Assembly (NCBI GenBank): GCA_010015805.1
Contig: ML978140.1
Location: 310,001 to 374,000, forward strand
Direction of reading: 5' to 3'
From: Rhizodiscina lignyota
Taxonomy: Eukaryota
Length of the DNA: 64,000 bases
The notes under the pieces were generated by a model, which saw only the letters and a list, made by a program, of their open reading frames with translations, was not told the origin of the DNA and searched no databases. Of this stretch, positions 12,901-26,609 are shown piece by piece; within the stretch, counting starts at the first letter, position 1; every line of letters starts with the position of its first letter. Both the position numbers and the translations under genes were made by a program.

Positions 12901-12983
12901 CCGCCACAGCCACCGCACGCGTGCTGATCGCGTCGACCTGTAAGGCGGCTGGGCGCTGAGGCGGCTCAAGATTCCGCTTTAAG

Positions 12984-15900
12984 ATGGATGCGTCTCCCGA
13001 AGCTCCATCATCCTCACTTCGAGCACAAGGCGTGCGCTTCTCCGACCCTGACGACACGAGCGCTGGCGAGCGCATCTCTTCAGCGACGTTCGCCAGCAAG
13101 ATGCTCTCCAGACAAGGATCGAGCGGCTCCGGCACGTCTGGCGAGTCTGAGGATGCCGCCGCTACTGCTGTCGCCGGGATCGTGGGCACTGGCTCCGACG
13201 ACGACGCTGAAGGCCAGTACCAATTCACTCCCACCATTGTCGCCACCCCTCTGGACGATGTGCCTGCTATGGGCAGCCAGGCCTTTAGCTGGAGTGCCGC
13301 AACGACTCAACCGCCAAGGCCACGAGGGTCGGTAGGAGTGCCACCGAACCAGCTCAACCTCAACGGCATCGCAGACTCCGCTCCGCCATTCCAGCTTTCA
13401 GCAGCCGCAATGAATGCAAGAGCCTCCAGACCAAGCGCCGTGAGGGCGCCCTCCAATGCTTACGCTCCAGCTACTGCCCGCCGCCCCACGTCGCATTCAT
13501 TGAGCAGCTCCGGTCGGCACAGGACTTCCTCGACGAACAGAGGCCGAAGGAATCCGAATGCAGACTACAGAGCGCAAGAAAAGGCTTATGTGCAACGCAT
13601 ACGCCAGGATCTGCCAGAGCAGGATGATTTCTACGGCTCTGGTGTGCGAACACCGAGTCTGGGTTACAGCTCAGATTCCATCTCTGATGACGAATCGCCT
13701 GCGACCGCCGACTATCTAGATAACGACCCTTACGACCACGAGACGCTCTTATACTATGGTAACGAAGACATGCAGCCCTCGGTGGAGGAGCTTAAGATAC
13801 CCGAGAACAGAGAGCGACTGGAGTGGCATGCGATGCTTGCCAGCGTCCTCACTGGCGATGTCGTCAAGCAGGAGAAGAGGCGATTGATTGGTGGTGGCGA
13901 GCAACAAGGAGACGCTACCTTCAGGACGGAGATGTGGGTGGGCATCAGGGCGAAATACTTTGGCCGGGCACTTGCGGTACAAAGAAAAATCTTGGATGAG
14001 AACCGAGCCAAGGCGAAGGCCCTCATCGAGACGGTCATAACCTTTGAGATCAAGGGCGAAGCTGAAGCTGGACAGACCGCACTGCAGCAGGTTGAGGAAA
14101 TCCTTGAGAAGATTGAAAAGCTCGAGTCATTGTACCCATCCATCAGTGAGCTTCGCGCTACACATCCTCGAGCTGCATCCGAGCCATTCCAGGAGACTGT
14201 GGCAGCCGTAACTTCGTGGTACAACACGACGAAGATTCTAGAGACGGAGCTTAAGATTCTTCAAAACTGGGTCGGCAATGAGGAGCTCGACTTCGCCAAG
14301 CAGCGGCCACATGACCCCACCGAGAGCAACCACCTATCTGACGACTCAAACTTCATCGAGCGGCTCTTGAAAGAGGATGGTCTCAAATCGCTACAGGGAG
14401 AGAAGAGCCTACTCAAGGGCCTCGACTTTGTCATCAAGAAGGCAAAGGCGAATTTCATTGAGAATGCTAAAGCGTTCGCTGAGCGCCACCTGCCGCCGTA
14501 CATGGAAGAACTGCAAACATTAATCAACTTCCCGTCACGACTTGTGCAGGAAATTATCCGCATGCGGCTCACATATGCAAAGAAAATACGAGATCCCAAT
14601 CAGCCGGGAGTCATGATGGCGGAGTCAATGATATCCCAGTTCCAGATTCTGCTCACGCTTGCGGTTCGCATCAAGCAAGAGTACAATATCATCTCTCATC
14701 CGGAGCCTGGATGGGACCCACCTGATTGCATCGAGGAGAATTTCGACTCCGTTGTTCTCGATGCGCTGAAGTTTTACTTCCGAATGCTCAACTGGAAGCT
14801 ATCTGCCAACAAAAACACCTTCAGGGAAGCTGAAATCCTGGAACAGGAGTGGGAATTTTCAAACAAACTTGGGCGTCACCTAGAGGATGGTGACGTAGAA
14901 GTTGCTGAACAATTCAGGTACGTAGAAATTTCCCTCGAATACACTGAAGCTAATATGCTGCAGCGCTTTGACGTCAAAGTCCCTCTTGCGACTCACAGCG
15001 CACTTCGAGAAGGAACTGCAACGACGACCCGATGAGCTTGGCGGCCCTGAAATGGAGAAGAGGTATAAGGGCATGCTTGATTCGGTCAGAGTTAGGCAGC
15101 GAAAGCTCTTCCGTTTCTCCAGGATTTTGACCCAACGGTTCGAGAACTCCTCGGAATACAACCTGCAACCGCCTCACGACGAACTCTCACAGCTGTACGA
15201 GTCATTAGCCGTGACGGGACACATTCTCGTGGAGAACACATCCGCTTCGGAGTCGGATGGATGTTATCTTATTGCCTCTGAGTCGCTCTTTGAATCACCG
15301 GACAAAATCCCGTCCCTCCTGGGAACATGCTACCACGTCGAAGAAGCTCCAGCAGAGGATCCAGCGAATCCTTATGTACTAATAATTAGACCCGAAGCGC
15401 CTATCTACTGGACAGGCAAGAAATTGGAGATGACGTTCAAGCAGCCGCATTTCGACCTAAAGACTAACCGGCTCCGACTTGTCGCAGACGGATCCCAGCA
15501 GCGCCTCGCCAACGCCAAGATCAAGTTCTCACAAGAAGTCGGCATCGATCTGACCGTGGTGATGGAGCAGCGCGCGAATCTTCCCCGTGTTTACCAGGAG
15601 TTGCAGAGGATCAAACGCACGGCGTACAAGCTGTCGAACACCATCATGGACAGTGTGGCGATCATCAGGAGACAGACCCAAGGCTTGGAGTGCCAGGAAC
15701 TCATCCAGACGTGCTTTGGCTTCGCGACGGAGTTTGGCCAGCGCTCGCTGCTGTATATGAACTTCAATCAGCGTGCGATGAATAATGCTAAACTAACGAG
15801 CTTGGCGCTGGACTGGATCGCTTTCATCGTGGATGATTGCGTCGCGTCGGATCGAAGGACGTTTCGCTGGGCTGTCACGGCACTTGAGTTTGCGATGGTC

Positions 15901-17297
15901 ATGACGCGGGGTCAAAATATTCTGGGCCTAAGCGAGGAAGATTACGCCAGACTGAGGTCCAAAGTTGCCGGGTGCATGTCAGTTCTCATCTCGCATTTCG
16001 ATATCATGGGTGCGAGGTCGACAATGGCGGCCCAAGCAGAGAAACAACGCATGGACACTCTGCTGGGTAAGACGAGGCTGGACGTTACGCACCTCAAGGA
16101 CGACGATGAATCAGCAGCTGTCGTTCAGAGGCAAACTGTTGTCAAATTAGACGAACTTGAAGCTTGCCGAAAACAGAGGGAGACGGAGCGCCAGGCGTTT
16201 GGTCGTGTCCTTGAAGATTCTAACGAAGCCGACCGCGCACTGACATACCTGACGTCTTCTGCTATGAACTCTCAGATCCGCTGGCAGCAAGGTCAGTACG
16301 TCGGTGGCGGCACCTTTGGCTCGGTGTATGCGGCGGTCAATCTCGACACCGGACAGTACATGGCTGTGAAGGAGATCCGCCTGCAGGATCCACAGCTCAT
16401 CCCTCAGATTGTGACGCAGATCCGAGACGAGATGAGCATTCTGCAAGTGCTGGATCACCCGAACATTGTGTCGTACTACGGAATCGAGCCGCACAGAGAC
16501 AAGGTGTACATCTTCATGGAGTTCTGCTCTGGAGGCAGTCTCGCGGGTCTGCTGGAGCATGGTCGAATCGAGGACGAGATGGTCACGGTGGTCTATGCAT
16601 TGCAAATGCTCGAAGGGTTGGCGTATTTGCATGACCGGAATATTGTGCACCGTGACGTCAAACCAGAGAGTGAGTCGTCCTATTTCCGCACGCATGCCTA
16701 TGACAATTATTGATGTTATTAGATATCCTCTTCGACCACGACGGCATCATCAAATTCGTCGACTTCGGCGCCGCAAAAGCCCTCGCCCGCCAAGGTCAAA
16801 CCCTCGCGCCGCAAGCCGTAGGCCACAAGCAAGCCGCCGAGCGCCAGGGCCGGCAGAACAGCATGCAGGGCACGCCAATGTACATGTCGCCGGAAGCCAT
16901 CAAGGGCGAGAACACCGGCCGCGCCGGCGCCGTCGACATCTGGTCGCTGGGCTGCGTCATCCTCGAGATGGCGACGGGCCGCCGCCCCTGGGCCAGCCTC
17001 GACAACGAGTGGGCCATCATGTACAACATCGCGCAGGGCAATGTCCCACAGCTGCCGACAAAGGAGCAGCTCAGCGAGCCGGGCCTCGACTTCCTGCGGC
17101 GCTGCTTCGAGAGGGACCCCGCGAAGAGGGCGAGCGCGGCGGAGCTGCTGCAGTGCGATTGGATCATGGCGCTGAGGAATCAGCTCAGTCTGGAGCCGCA
17201 GACGCCGCAGACGCCGATTACGCCAAGCAGCGAGAGTGGGAGTGGCAGCTTAGGGAATAGTAGGCATAATTCGCAGATTTCGCAGCTGTCGTACTGA
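12984..17297 (+). CDS. SSK2: HOG-pathway MAP kinase kinase kinase Ssk2/Ssk22 (SskB/Os-4)
   Basis: Ssk2 N-terminal motif RERLEWHAMLASVLTGDVVKQEKRR. Kinase motifs GGGTFGSVY, MAVKEI, HRDVKPEN, DFG and GTPMYMSPE. Introns 14918-14963 and 16670-16722. Confidence 0.95.
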
Positions 17298-17776
17298 AAG
17301 GGAAAGGCAGAGAGGATGAGATTCTTCACATATTTACTTGAAGCGTTTTGTTCTTAGCATGATTCCAGTATACGGCGGCATCTGCATCAGCGAGGGAGTT
17401 TGTTCCTTTTGGTCACGTCAAGCGTTGGGCTTAGTTACTCTCTTTGCCGACTGTATAATGTTTGTAGTGTAATCGTTCGCTACCTTCAATTCAACCTGTC
17501 ACTAGCTTCCCAAGAAAGACCCACATCAATGGACGGATATCACATGACGATACATGTCTGATGGCAATTATTCTAGACGCACGAAAATTTTCTTCTTCTA
17601 GGGTGGACAAGAAGAGATTTTCTTTGAATCCTTGAGCCTCATCATCCGACCGCCGGCTCCTTTCGTGCAGCTGCATGGAGCTATGACGCCGCGGGGCAAC
17701 TGCTGCACACAGAGAATAAAAAGTTTTGTGGGGCGCGCGGAGCTCCCGTCTGAACTTTTTGGCGCACTTATCGGTC

Positions 17777-17783
17777 TGACTCT
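17777..17783 (+). promoter_or_regulatory. Candidate Gcn4/CpcA (cross-pathway control) element TGACTCT upstream of ARG1
   Basis: TGACTC core 84 bp upstream of the ARG1 ATG; arginine biosynthetic genes are established Gcn4/CpcA targets. Confidence 0.45.
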
Positions 17784-17860
17784 CCACTTCCCTCCGCGCC
17801 TCTTCATCGACCTCTTACTTTCTGAACCTCAATTGAGCGCTCCCGAGACCAATTGAAACA

Positions 17861-19455
17861 ATGGCGAAGGAAAAGGTGTGTCTCGCGTACTCTGGCGGGC
17901 TCGACACGAGCTGCATCCTTGCGTGGCTCATTGAGAAGGGCTACGATGTCGTGTGCTTCAGTGAGTCACCTCCACTTGGATATCATAGCAATCGCTAACA
18001 TGTTGCAGTGGCCGATGTTGGACAGGAAGGTGAGTGATTGACGACCTCGTTCAATGTTTTGCGAGACAGAAGCTTAACCTGCGTGCAGAGGACTTCGAGG
18101 CGGCAAAGAAGAAGGCGTTGAAGGTCGGCGCGCTGGATTGTGTTGTTGAAGATCTGAAGAGGGAATTTGTTGAGGAGCTGTGCTATCCGGCTGTTCAGTA
18201 AGTTGAATTGGGTTCATTTGGATAGCGGTCTCTGACAATCATTAGGTGCAATGTACGAACGTCCTGCCGTCGCCTCCTCACCGATCCCACAATGACTAAC
18301 ATGTGAACAGGCCGTATACGAAAGTGTATACCTCCTCGGCACCTCCCTCGCCAGGTCAGTTCCATGCAAGACCATCAGCACTTTCCAGCCCACTTTCCAG
18401 CATGCTAACGACCCTCCCGCAGACCAGTCATCGCCCGCAGCCAGATCCGCGTCGCCCAAAAGACGGGCTGCGTCGCCGTCTCGCACGGCTGCACCGGCAA
18501 GGGCAACGACCAAGTGCGCTTCGAGCTCGCCTTCTATGCCCTCCAGCCCACCATCAAAGTCATCGCGCCGTGGCGCGACCCCGAGTTCTACAACCGCTTC
18601 AAGGGCCGGCAGGACCTGCTCGACTACGCGGCGCAGCAGGGCATACCGGTGACCAGCACGAAGAGCAAGCCGTGGAGCATGGACGAGAACCTGGCGCACT
18701 GCAGCTACGAGGCGGGTATTTTGGAGGACCCGAATACCACGCCGCCCGAGGACATGTGGAAGCTGACGGTCGACCCGACCAAGGCGCCGGATGAGCCGGA
18801 GGACTTTACCCTGTTCTTTGAGAAGGGCTGGCCGACGAGGTTGGAGTATGCGGAGAAGGGACAGAAGAAGAGCGTCACAGATCCTGTGGAGCTGTTCTTG
18901 ACCGCCAATGCCATCGCGAGGAGACATGGTGTCGGAAGGTACGCGAAGATGCTGCAGTGAGCCAAGTGGGAATGAGAACTAACTGCACAATCCAGAATCG
19001 ACATTGTCGAGAACCGCTTCATCGGCCTCAAGAGCCGTGGCTGCTACGAGACCCCTGGCCTAACCATGCTTCGCTCCGCACACATGGACCTCGAGGGCCT
19101 CACTCTCGACCGCGAAGTCCGCGCGCTCCGCGACCAATTCGTCACCTTCAATTACGCCAAGATCCTGTATAATGGGCTGTACTTCTCTCCCGAGCGCGAG
19201 TTCCTCGAGGGCAGCATCGCGTCGTCGCAGAAGACAGTGAACGGCGCGGTGCGCGGCCGCGCGTACAAGGGATCGTTCACCGTCCTGGGCCGCTGGAGCG
19301 ACACAGAGAAGCTGTACGACATGACAGAGAGCAGCATGGATGAGATTGGTGACTTCAAGCCTGATGATACGACGGGCTTCATCAGTGTGCAGGCGATTCG
19401 GTTGAAGAAGTATGGCAAGAAGAAGGAGGAGGTTGGCGAGAGCTTGGTCAAATGA
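17861..19455 (+). CDS. ARG1: Argininosuccinate synthase
   Basis: [57 protein letters not shown] and [17 protein letters not shown]. Exons 17861-17960, 18009-18029, 18089-18197, 18246-18252, 18311-18354, 18423-18938, 18996-19455. Confidence 0.96.
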
Positions 19456-19760
19456 GCTAGCTGTCTACAACTCCCATAGACCCTTTTTTTTTTTGATCGG
19501 CAATGGCAATAGGGGCGTAAGGCTGGATAGCATTAAGCCTGTCTCGGGGCTTCATTAGCCAGGCACTGTTCTATTTCATGAAAAGTTTGATCTACATCTC
19601 ACGGATGCGTTTTGCATTATCTTTCTCTATAATGATGAGCAAGATTCGCTGGACAACGACTCCAAGAGTCTTGACCAAGAAGACACTTTAATGTCCTTGC
19701 TCACTCGCAGGTCGCATATGACAGCTCGGAACGATCACAGCGGTCATCGGACAGATCCGG

Positions 19761-21621
19761 TCACAGCGTGTACCGGAACTGAGGGTTCTGCAAATTTCAT
19801 CAGTTCAATCATTCAAAGGAATGGAAATCCATAAGCTGTTGCCACATACCCTACGGTCAGTTAGGTCATCCTCGTATGCATGATCGTAACTCTCCATGAT
19901 TCCAGCCTTGTCCCTCTTCCGGTTCTCCAAAACGCACACGACGCGATACACCAGAGACAACACAGCAACAACCGCAGAAGTGACTATCACAGCGATGAAA
20001 CCTGGTGCGTAGCGTGGAGCATCTTTTGGCTTGAAAATGAGAGGCCCGACAAAGTTGCCTACGTACTCCATTAGCATCTCCAGCTGCTCAGTCTACCATT
20101 CAGATCATGAAAGAACGACTCACCGAGACAGTACCCAATAAAAATTCCCGACGAGCTCACCGATCTCTTCGTATAACCTGTGTTATTCGCAATACTCAGC
20201 CCCATAGCAACCGCATAACCCGCGCCAAAGCTCGGCAAGAAATACACTCCAATCAACAAGCCGCCCTTCGCCGACCTTGGCAGCAGTCAGAGCAGCAGCG
20301 CCGCCATGATGGTGCCCAGCTCGGGGATCGCCATGATGTACGTCCTTGCCCGCGGGATCTTGTACGCTAGAAACGGGGCGAGGATCTCCAGCGTGCCGCT
20401 CGTGAAGCCCGCAGGCATGATCAGCAGCAGGCTATTCAGCGTGCTGTACCCGAACGAGTTGATGATGATGGGCGTGAACGTCGACACCGGCCCGTTGGCG
20501 ATCATTGCCAGAAACGCAATGCTAAACATCAGCCAGAAGCGCACGTCGGTCGCCGCGTCGTGCACATGGCTCCACTTGAAGTGCGTGTTGCGCACGCCGG
20601 CGTTGTTCTCGCGCATGCGCGCGACGGCGATGTAGCGTTCCCGATCATCAAAGCCGCGCGCGCGCGCGGATCGGGTCGGGCGGCATGATGAACCACAGGG
20701 CGGCGCCCCAGAGGACGGTGACGGCGACGGCGACAATGTACATGTAGCGCCATGGGGCGAGGGAGCCCTTGATGTGGCCGAGGCCGTAGTTTATGAGCGG
20801 GGAGACGATGGAGACGTAGCCAGTGCAGCAGTACCAGGCGCCCATCCGCAGAGCCTAGATGGAGTATGGGATCAGTTGAGAGCAGGATTTAATAGCGCTC
20901 TCAGTGGTGACTGTCACTAACCTGTTCGCGCTTCTTGTACCAGCCGCCAACGACGAGCATGAACATCGGCTGGCGCACGTCAGCGAAAATATGTCACATC
21001 CCAATACTCTGCTCTGAAGAATGAGTTAAGAAGGGGAGACAAAAGCAACCACTCACACTGATACCTACCTCTAAAAACTCTAGGAAAAAGCGCTGAGCGA
21101 ACAACCTCTTCCAATTATGACACGCCGCCGTACACATCAAGCAAGCGCCCCACACGGCCACTATGCAAGAAGCCACGCGCTCAATCGGCCACCGCTGCGC
21201 CATCAGAATGGCCGGGTACGCACCGACAATGAAGCCCAGGTAGAAGATCGACGCGGAGAAAAAGTAGCGATTACCGACCTCGAGCTCCAAGTCCTCGCGG
21301 GGCCCGAATATTGCCTGGGCAGGTTCAGCACATTGGCACATCAGATTCCAGGGACATCCTTACGGCCTGCGAGAGCATCGCCTTATCGTAGTACTGCAAT
21401 CCGTACGTGATGCACAGGATAGAGAGCAGCCTTCGGTCGATCTTATGCAGCAGTTTCTTCTCTTCCTTCGCTGTCCATGTCTCGTCGCCCGCGTAGGCAG
21501 CGAGGACTTTGACGGCCTCGTCGCCGTGGACAGTGTCGACGGTAATGGACTTCTTCAAGTCATCCGCAGCGCCGGGCTGCGCTTCGGCCTCGTTATGTTC
21601 GGTGATGTCTGCCTTCTCCAT
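19761..21621 (-). pseudogene. MFS transporter of the allantoate permease (Dal5/ACS) family, frameshifted
   Basis: KLLHKIDRRLL..GLQYYDKAMLSQA, GGWYKKREQ, PPDPIRA, NNTGYTKRS and C-terminal DLTD..NPQFRYTL*. The frame breaks at a (CG)7 tract (20655-20668), giving PDPIRARARL* instead of PDPIRARGFDDRER. Confidence 0.8.
20655..20668. repeat. (CG)7 microsatellite inside a coding exon
   Basis: aagc-cgcgcgcgcgcgcg-gat; 5 or 8 units would restore the reading frame. Confidence 0.9.
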
Positions 21622-22732
21622 GACGGTTACAGTGACACAGGATTAAGGGGGAACTAAGAAAGGAAAAAAAGGGAATCTCCGGCCTTATGATGAAAGAAGA
21701 AATGCTGGAGCGACTTGGGAAGTCGACTGAAAATAAACCACTGACTGGCGTCAGTACATAAGTACCTCAATGGCTACCAGGTCCTTCACCTCAAGATGAA
21801 AGCATGTTTTACTCAACGATGCCCGAACATTGCCGAAATTGGCCAGCAGCTCCACAGTCAAGACCAGGAAAACATTATGTGGGGAAATCCGGGGGAGAGC
21901 GATATGCGGAGAGAAGAACCAGATCTACTTAGGGAATGGTTCGAGGCCATCTTTCAAGCTGCATTCACGGCTGGTCTTGGCATGCGTAAATGAGTCGGAT
22001 TGGCATATCTTTTACGCCAATCGGGCGAAGTTGTCGAGCCAGTAGTGAATGACTGGAGTCAGAGGAAGGATTGGAGCGAGAGATATTGAGATAGCGGGAC
22101 GAAACCTACTTACACTGAGACTGAAAGTCTTACATGGAGCAGCTACATGGGTCCAGATTGCCATTGAATACGGTGAACAAAGCCGGCAGCTTGTGGCAGC
22201 CTAAGAATTCTTAGTTAGGTTGAAGCGATTGAAGCAGTTGGTGTGCAAATTAAAGTCTCCGAACGGCGGAGAGCTTGGCGGCAGCGGAATTCGTCCGCTC
22301 TCCACTCCTCTCCAACGACATCACCGAGGGCCGACGAAACCTGAGGAGAGTATTAACGCTTCCTCGGTGTTTGCAAATGATGGGGAAAAGCAAATATCAC
22401 GGACTACTCATGCTGAGCGAAACGTAGCCGGTGTACTTTCGAAGGAAGTTGAGAACAATCGTATGAGAATTGAAAATTGATAGAACGCATATTTCATTTA
22501 CCTAAAAGTTCCCTTTTCCCAGATTCAAGTTTTAAAACGCCAATAATGTAATTTACACACGACTCGGAAGGATGTGCCTCTTCGCTCGTGGCATGCAATT
22601 GTCGTGCTAATCCCCTGCTAGCTTCTACGCCTCAGGGCCCGTTTTCATTATCCACATCATGATGAGCATGGATTTTTTCTCGTCTCCGCTTTGTAGCTTC
22701 CTCTTCTATCAGCCACTGCGAGAAGATGGCGT

Positions 22733-24166
<1,434 letters not shown>

Positions 24167-25295
24167 GTGTGCAAACACTCAAAACTCCAATGGGAAAGGT
24201 TGTAAAAAGAGAGCGTGGGCGGGTTGGTGGGGTTGAAGTAGCAGCGTCTGTGAAGTCGGTTGGCAGTCAAAAGGTGGCCTTTAAGAAACTCCACGGGCCC
24301 GTGCGCCGTAGGTCCCTTAAACTGCCGCACAGGTGCGCTTTCGCGCCAGGCACTGAAGATGACGGGAGCAGTAAGCAACGCTGCAAAATCGCTTGCGCTA
24401 ATGCACCCACAAGATGCAATATTTAGACTCCGCGAACAGTAATGCTACGGTAATGGCTGAGCCTCCCAAGTCCAATTCACCGCTCATTCGACGGCGCCGT
24501 TTAAGCATGTTCCTATTTGGGGGCGCTTCAGCCACACACGATTTGCATGGCATTTTCAGATGATGCCGGCAAGAGAGTGGTCCTGCATTTTCGTCCGTCG
24601 ATCTGGACGTCATTTGAGATGGAGGGTTTTGAACACCCGTCTTTAGTTCCTAGCTACGCACAAGCTACTTCGTGCTGTCTTTGTTCATGCTGTCCCCAAA
24701 CGGGCAGCCGCTAGAAGAACTCTCCATACAAAGACCAAAGACTGTCGAAGTTCCTCTCCATATTCATCTTTTTTGAGTGACGACCAAAGGTGTTAGAGAA
24801 CGCTGCGAACGCAGAATCCCCACACTTGGTGTACGCAAAAACAAACCTTGAAAACGCAGAGCCATCCGAAATGAAAACAAACTTCAACCAAGAAAAACCT
24901 CCGCAGTTTTTGGTGTCCTCTCTCGGCTCGAGGACAGTTGGGCGGACACGCCATAACGCCATTCCAATGAATCTTAACCTCGGAAAGCAAGAGCTTGCCC
25001 AAACATGCCTGCTGTTATACATAAGTTGCAAATGTAAGATAAAGTCAACAAAAGAAAGGTAGTTCGACGCAAAAATATAAGGGTATTTTCCCTATAAAGT
25101 GAATGAAGTCGAGTGGCGCCCATAAGTGATGCAACGGAGTGATTCGGGGACCAGAGCGAAGGATACATGATGTGCAGATGTTTCCATCGATAGAACGTAT
25201 GTGATCTTTTTGTCCGGGACATCCTTTTGTCCAGAACGGCGTACATTATAGGTAAGTAGGGAGAAATGGAGAAGTAAATACCTTTAGCTCGTACT

Positions 25296-26609
25296 TCAAG
25301 CAACAGCCCAATCTGAATCCTCCTGCTGACGATACTTCTCAAAGTCGAACTCCGAGTTATTGCCCGTAGCAATTGGCGAGTCGAGGCGCTTGCCACCGGC
25401 GACCACGTCCTTCACCTCGCCATTGGCCGGAGCCTCCTGCGTCTTCTTCTTGCGCTGCTTCTTCTTGTCCGTAACAGTGCTCCAGTTGCTCTCATCCTGT
25501 TCTGCCAACTGCCGCATCTGCTCTTCCTCCGAAGGGAGGTGGTCCCAGTAAGATTGAGACGAGGTAGTGTTGCTGATGGGGCTGGAAGTGTTGTTTGCGA
25601 CATTGCTGCTGCTAGCAGTGGATGCGCCATCGTGATCGAAGGTGTCGAGCATAGGGCCATTGGTAGAGCCAGCAGCTGGGGCGGCTGGGACTATGGTGCT
25701 CTCAGAACGACCAGAGGACCACGAGTTGACCGTGACAGGAGATACCAGGCCATTCTTGGCGGGCTCTCCACGCGCCTCGCGGGCTGTGCGACGCTGCTGT
25801 TCCATCAGGACGCGCCTGGCTTGCTCATCCGCCTCACGCTGGGCCTTCTGCTCCTCGGCCTTGCGCTTGTTCTGGCGCTGCTTCTTAGTCTCAGCTTCTG
25901 CCTTTGCAGCAGACTCCTGGCTCTTTGGCTTGTCCTTCTTGCCTGCAAGCTCCCAACCCTGCTCAGCGGTGCCCTTTGGCTTCACACCAGCTGGAGTGAC
26001 GCGCAAGACGGTCGGGGCCGACGCGGTAGGTTCGAGCATGTCGGAGACATCCTTAGCACTGGGAGCGTTTGCGCTCTTGACGGTGGTGGCGCCCAAGGCA
26101 GGCGAAAGGGCGGGGGAGAGATCGTCGTCGGCATCACCTCCTGTGGTTGACGATGTCGCAGACAGTTCTGGGGTTCTACCCGCAGATGCCTGCTTGACAG
26201 TCTTCGCGCGCGCTTCTTTGCGCTTTGGTGCCTCCAAATTGGTGCCCTTTCGCAGATTGTCCAATTGCGCTGCCCACTCCTTGTCATTCTCTTCAACCTC
26301 CGGCTCCTGATCCGCCCCTTCGTCGCGCAAGGCCTCGAAGCGGTTGCTTGGCTGTTCCTGTTTGGAAGCTCTGCTCCGTTTGGCGCGCTGAGCTTTCTCT
26401 TTCGCGAGTATCTTCTGACGCTCACTTCCGCTTAGATCGGATTGGCCTTCTTTCCGTCTGTTGCGTTGCTTGACATCTTGTTGTTCGCGCGTTGCTCGAT
26501 TCGACGACTGTCCTGGTCGAGTGGTGTGAGTGTAGTAGCGATACGCGCCATAGCCCACCGCTGAGAATACGGCCCAGCTGCAGAGAGTGTATTGCCAAGA
26601 GTGCTCCAT
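25296..26609 (-). CDS. Uncharacterised protein: N-terminal transmembrane anchor, long basic/disordered region and a coiled coil
   Basis: First ATG at 26609 (MEHSWQYTLCSWAVFSAVGYGAYRYY), open for about 437 codons. Probable 5'UTR intron 26659-26713 (GTAAAC..CTGAC..CAG). Confidence 0.8.
   Translation of the reverse strand: MEHSWQYTLCSWAVFSAVGYGAYRYYTHTTRPGQSSNRATREQQDVKQRNRRKEGQSDLSGSERQKILAKEKAQRAKRSRASKQEQPSNRFEALRDEGADQEPEVEENDKEWAAQLDNLRKGTNLEAPKRKEARAKTVKQASAGRTPELSATSSTTGGDADDDLSPALSPALGATTVKSANAPSAKDVSDMLEPTASAPTVLRVTPAGVKPKGTAEQGWELAGKKDKPKSQESAAKAEAETKKQRQNKRKAEEQKAQREADEQARRVLMEQQRRTAREARGEPAKNGLVSPVTVNSWSSGRSESTIVPAAPAAGSTNGPMLDTFDHDGASTASSSNVANNTSSPISNTTSSQSYWDHLPSEEEQMRQLAEQDESNWSTVTDKKKQRKKKTQEAPANGEVKDVVAGGKRLDSPIATGNNSEFDFEKYRQQEDSDWAVA

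Noticed and set aside
9977..12983. Short ORFs/uORFs in the 3-kb divergent spacer between the Amt gene and SSK2
   Set aside because: No recognisable motifs, and uORF status cannot be judged without transcription start data.
8169..21621. Ammonium transporter, ARG1 and allantoate-type permease as a nitrogen gene cluster
   Set aside because: The run is interrupted by SSK2, no shared motif array is evident, and proximity alone is weak evidence.
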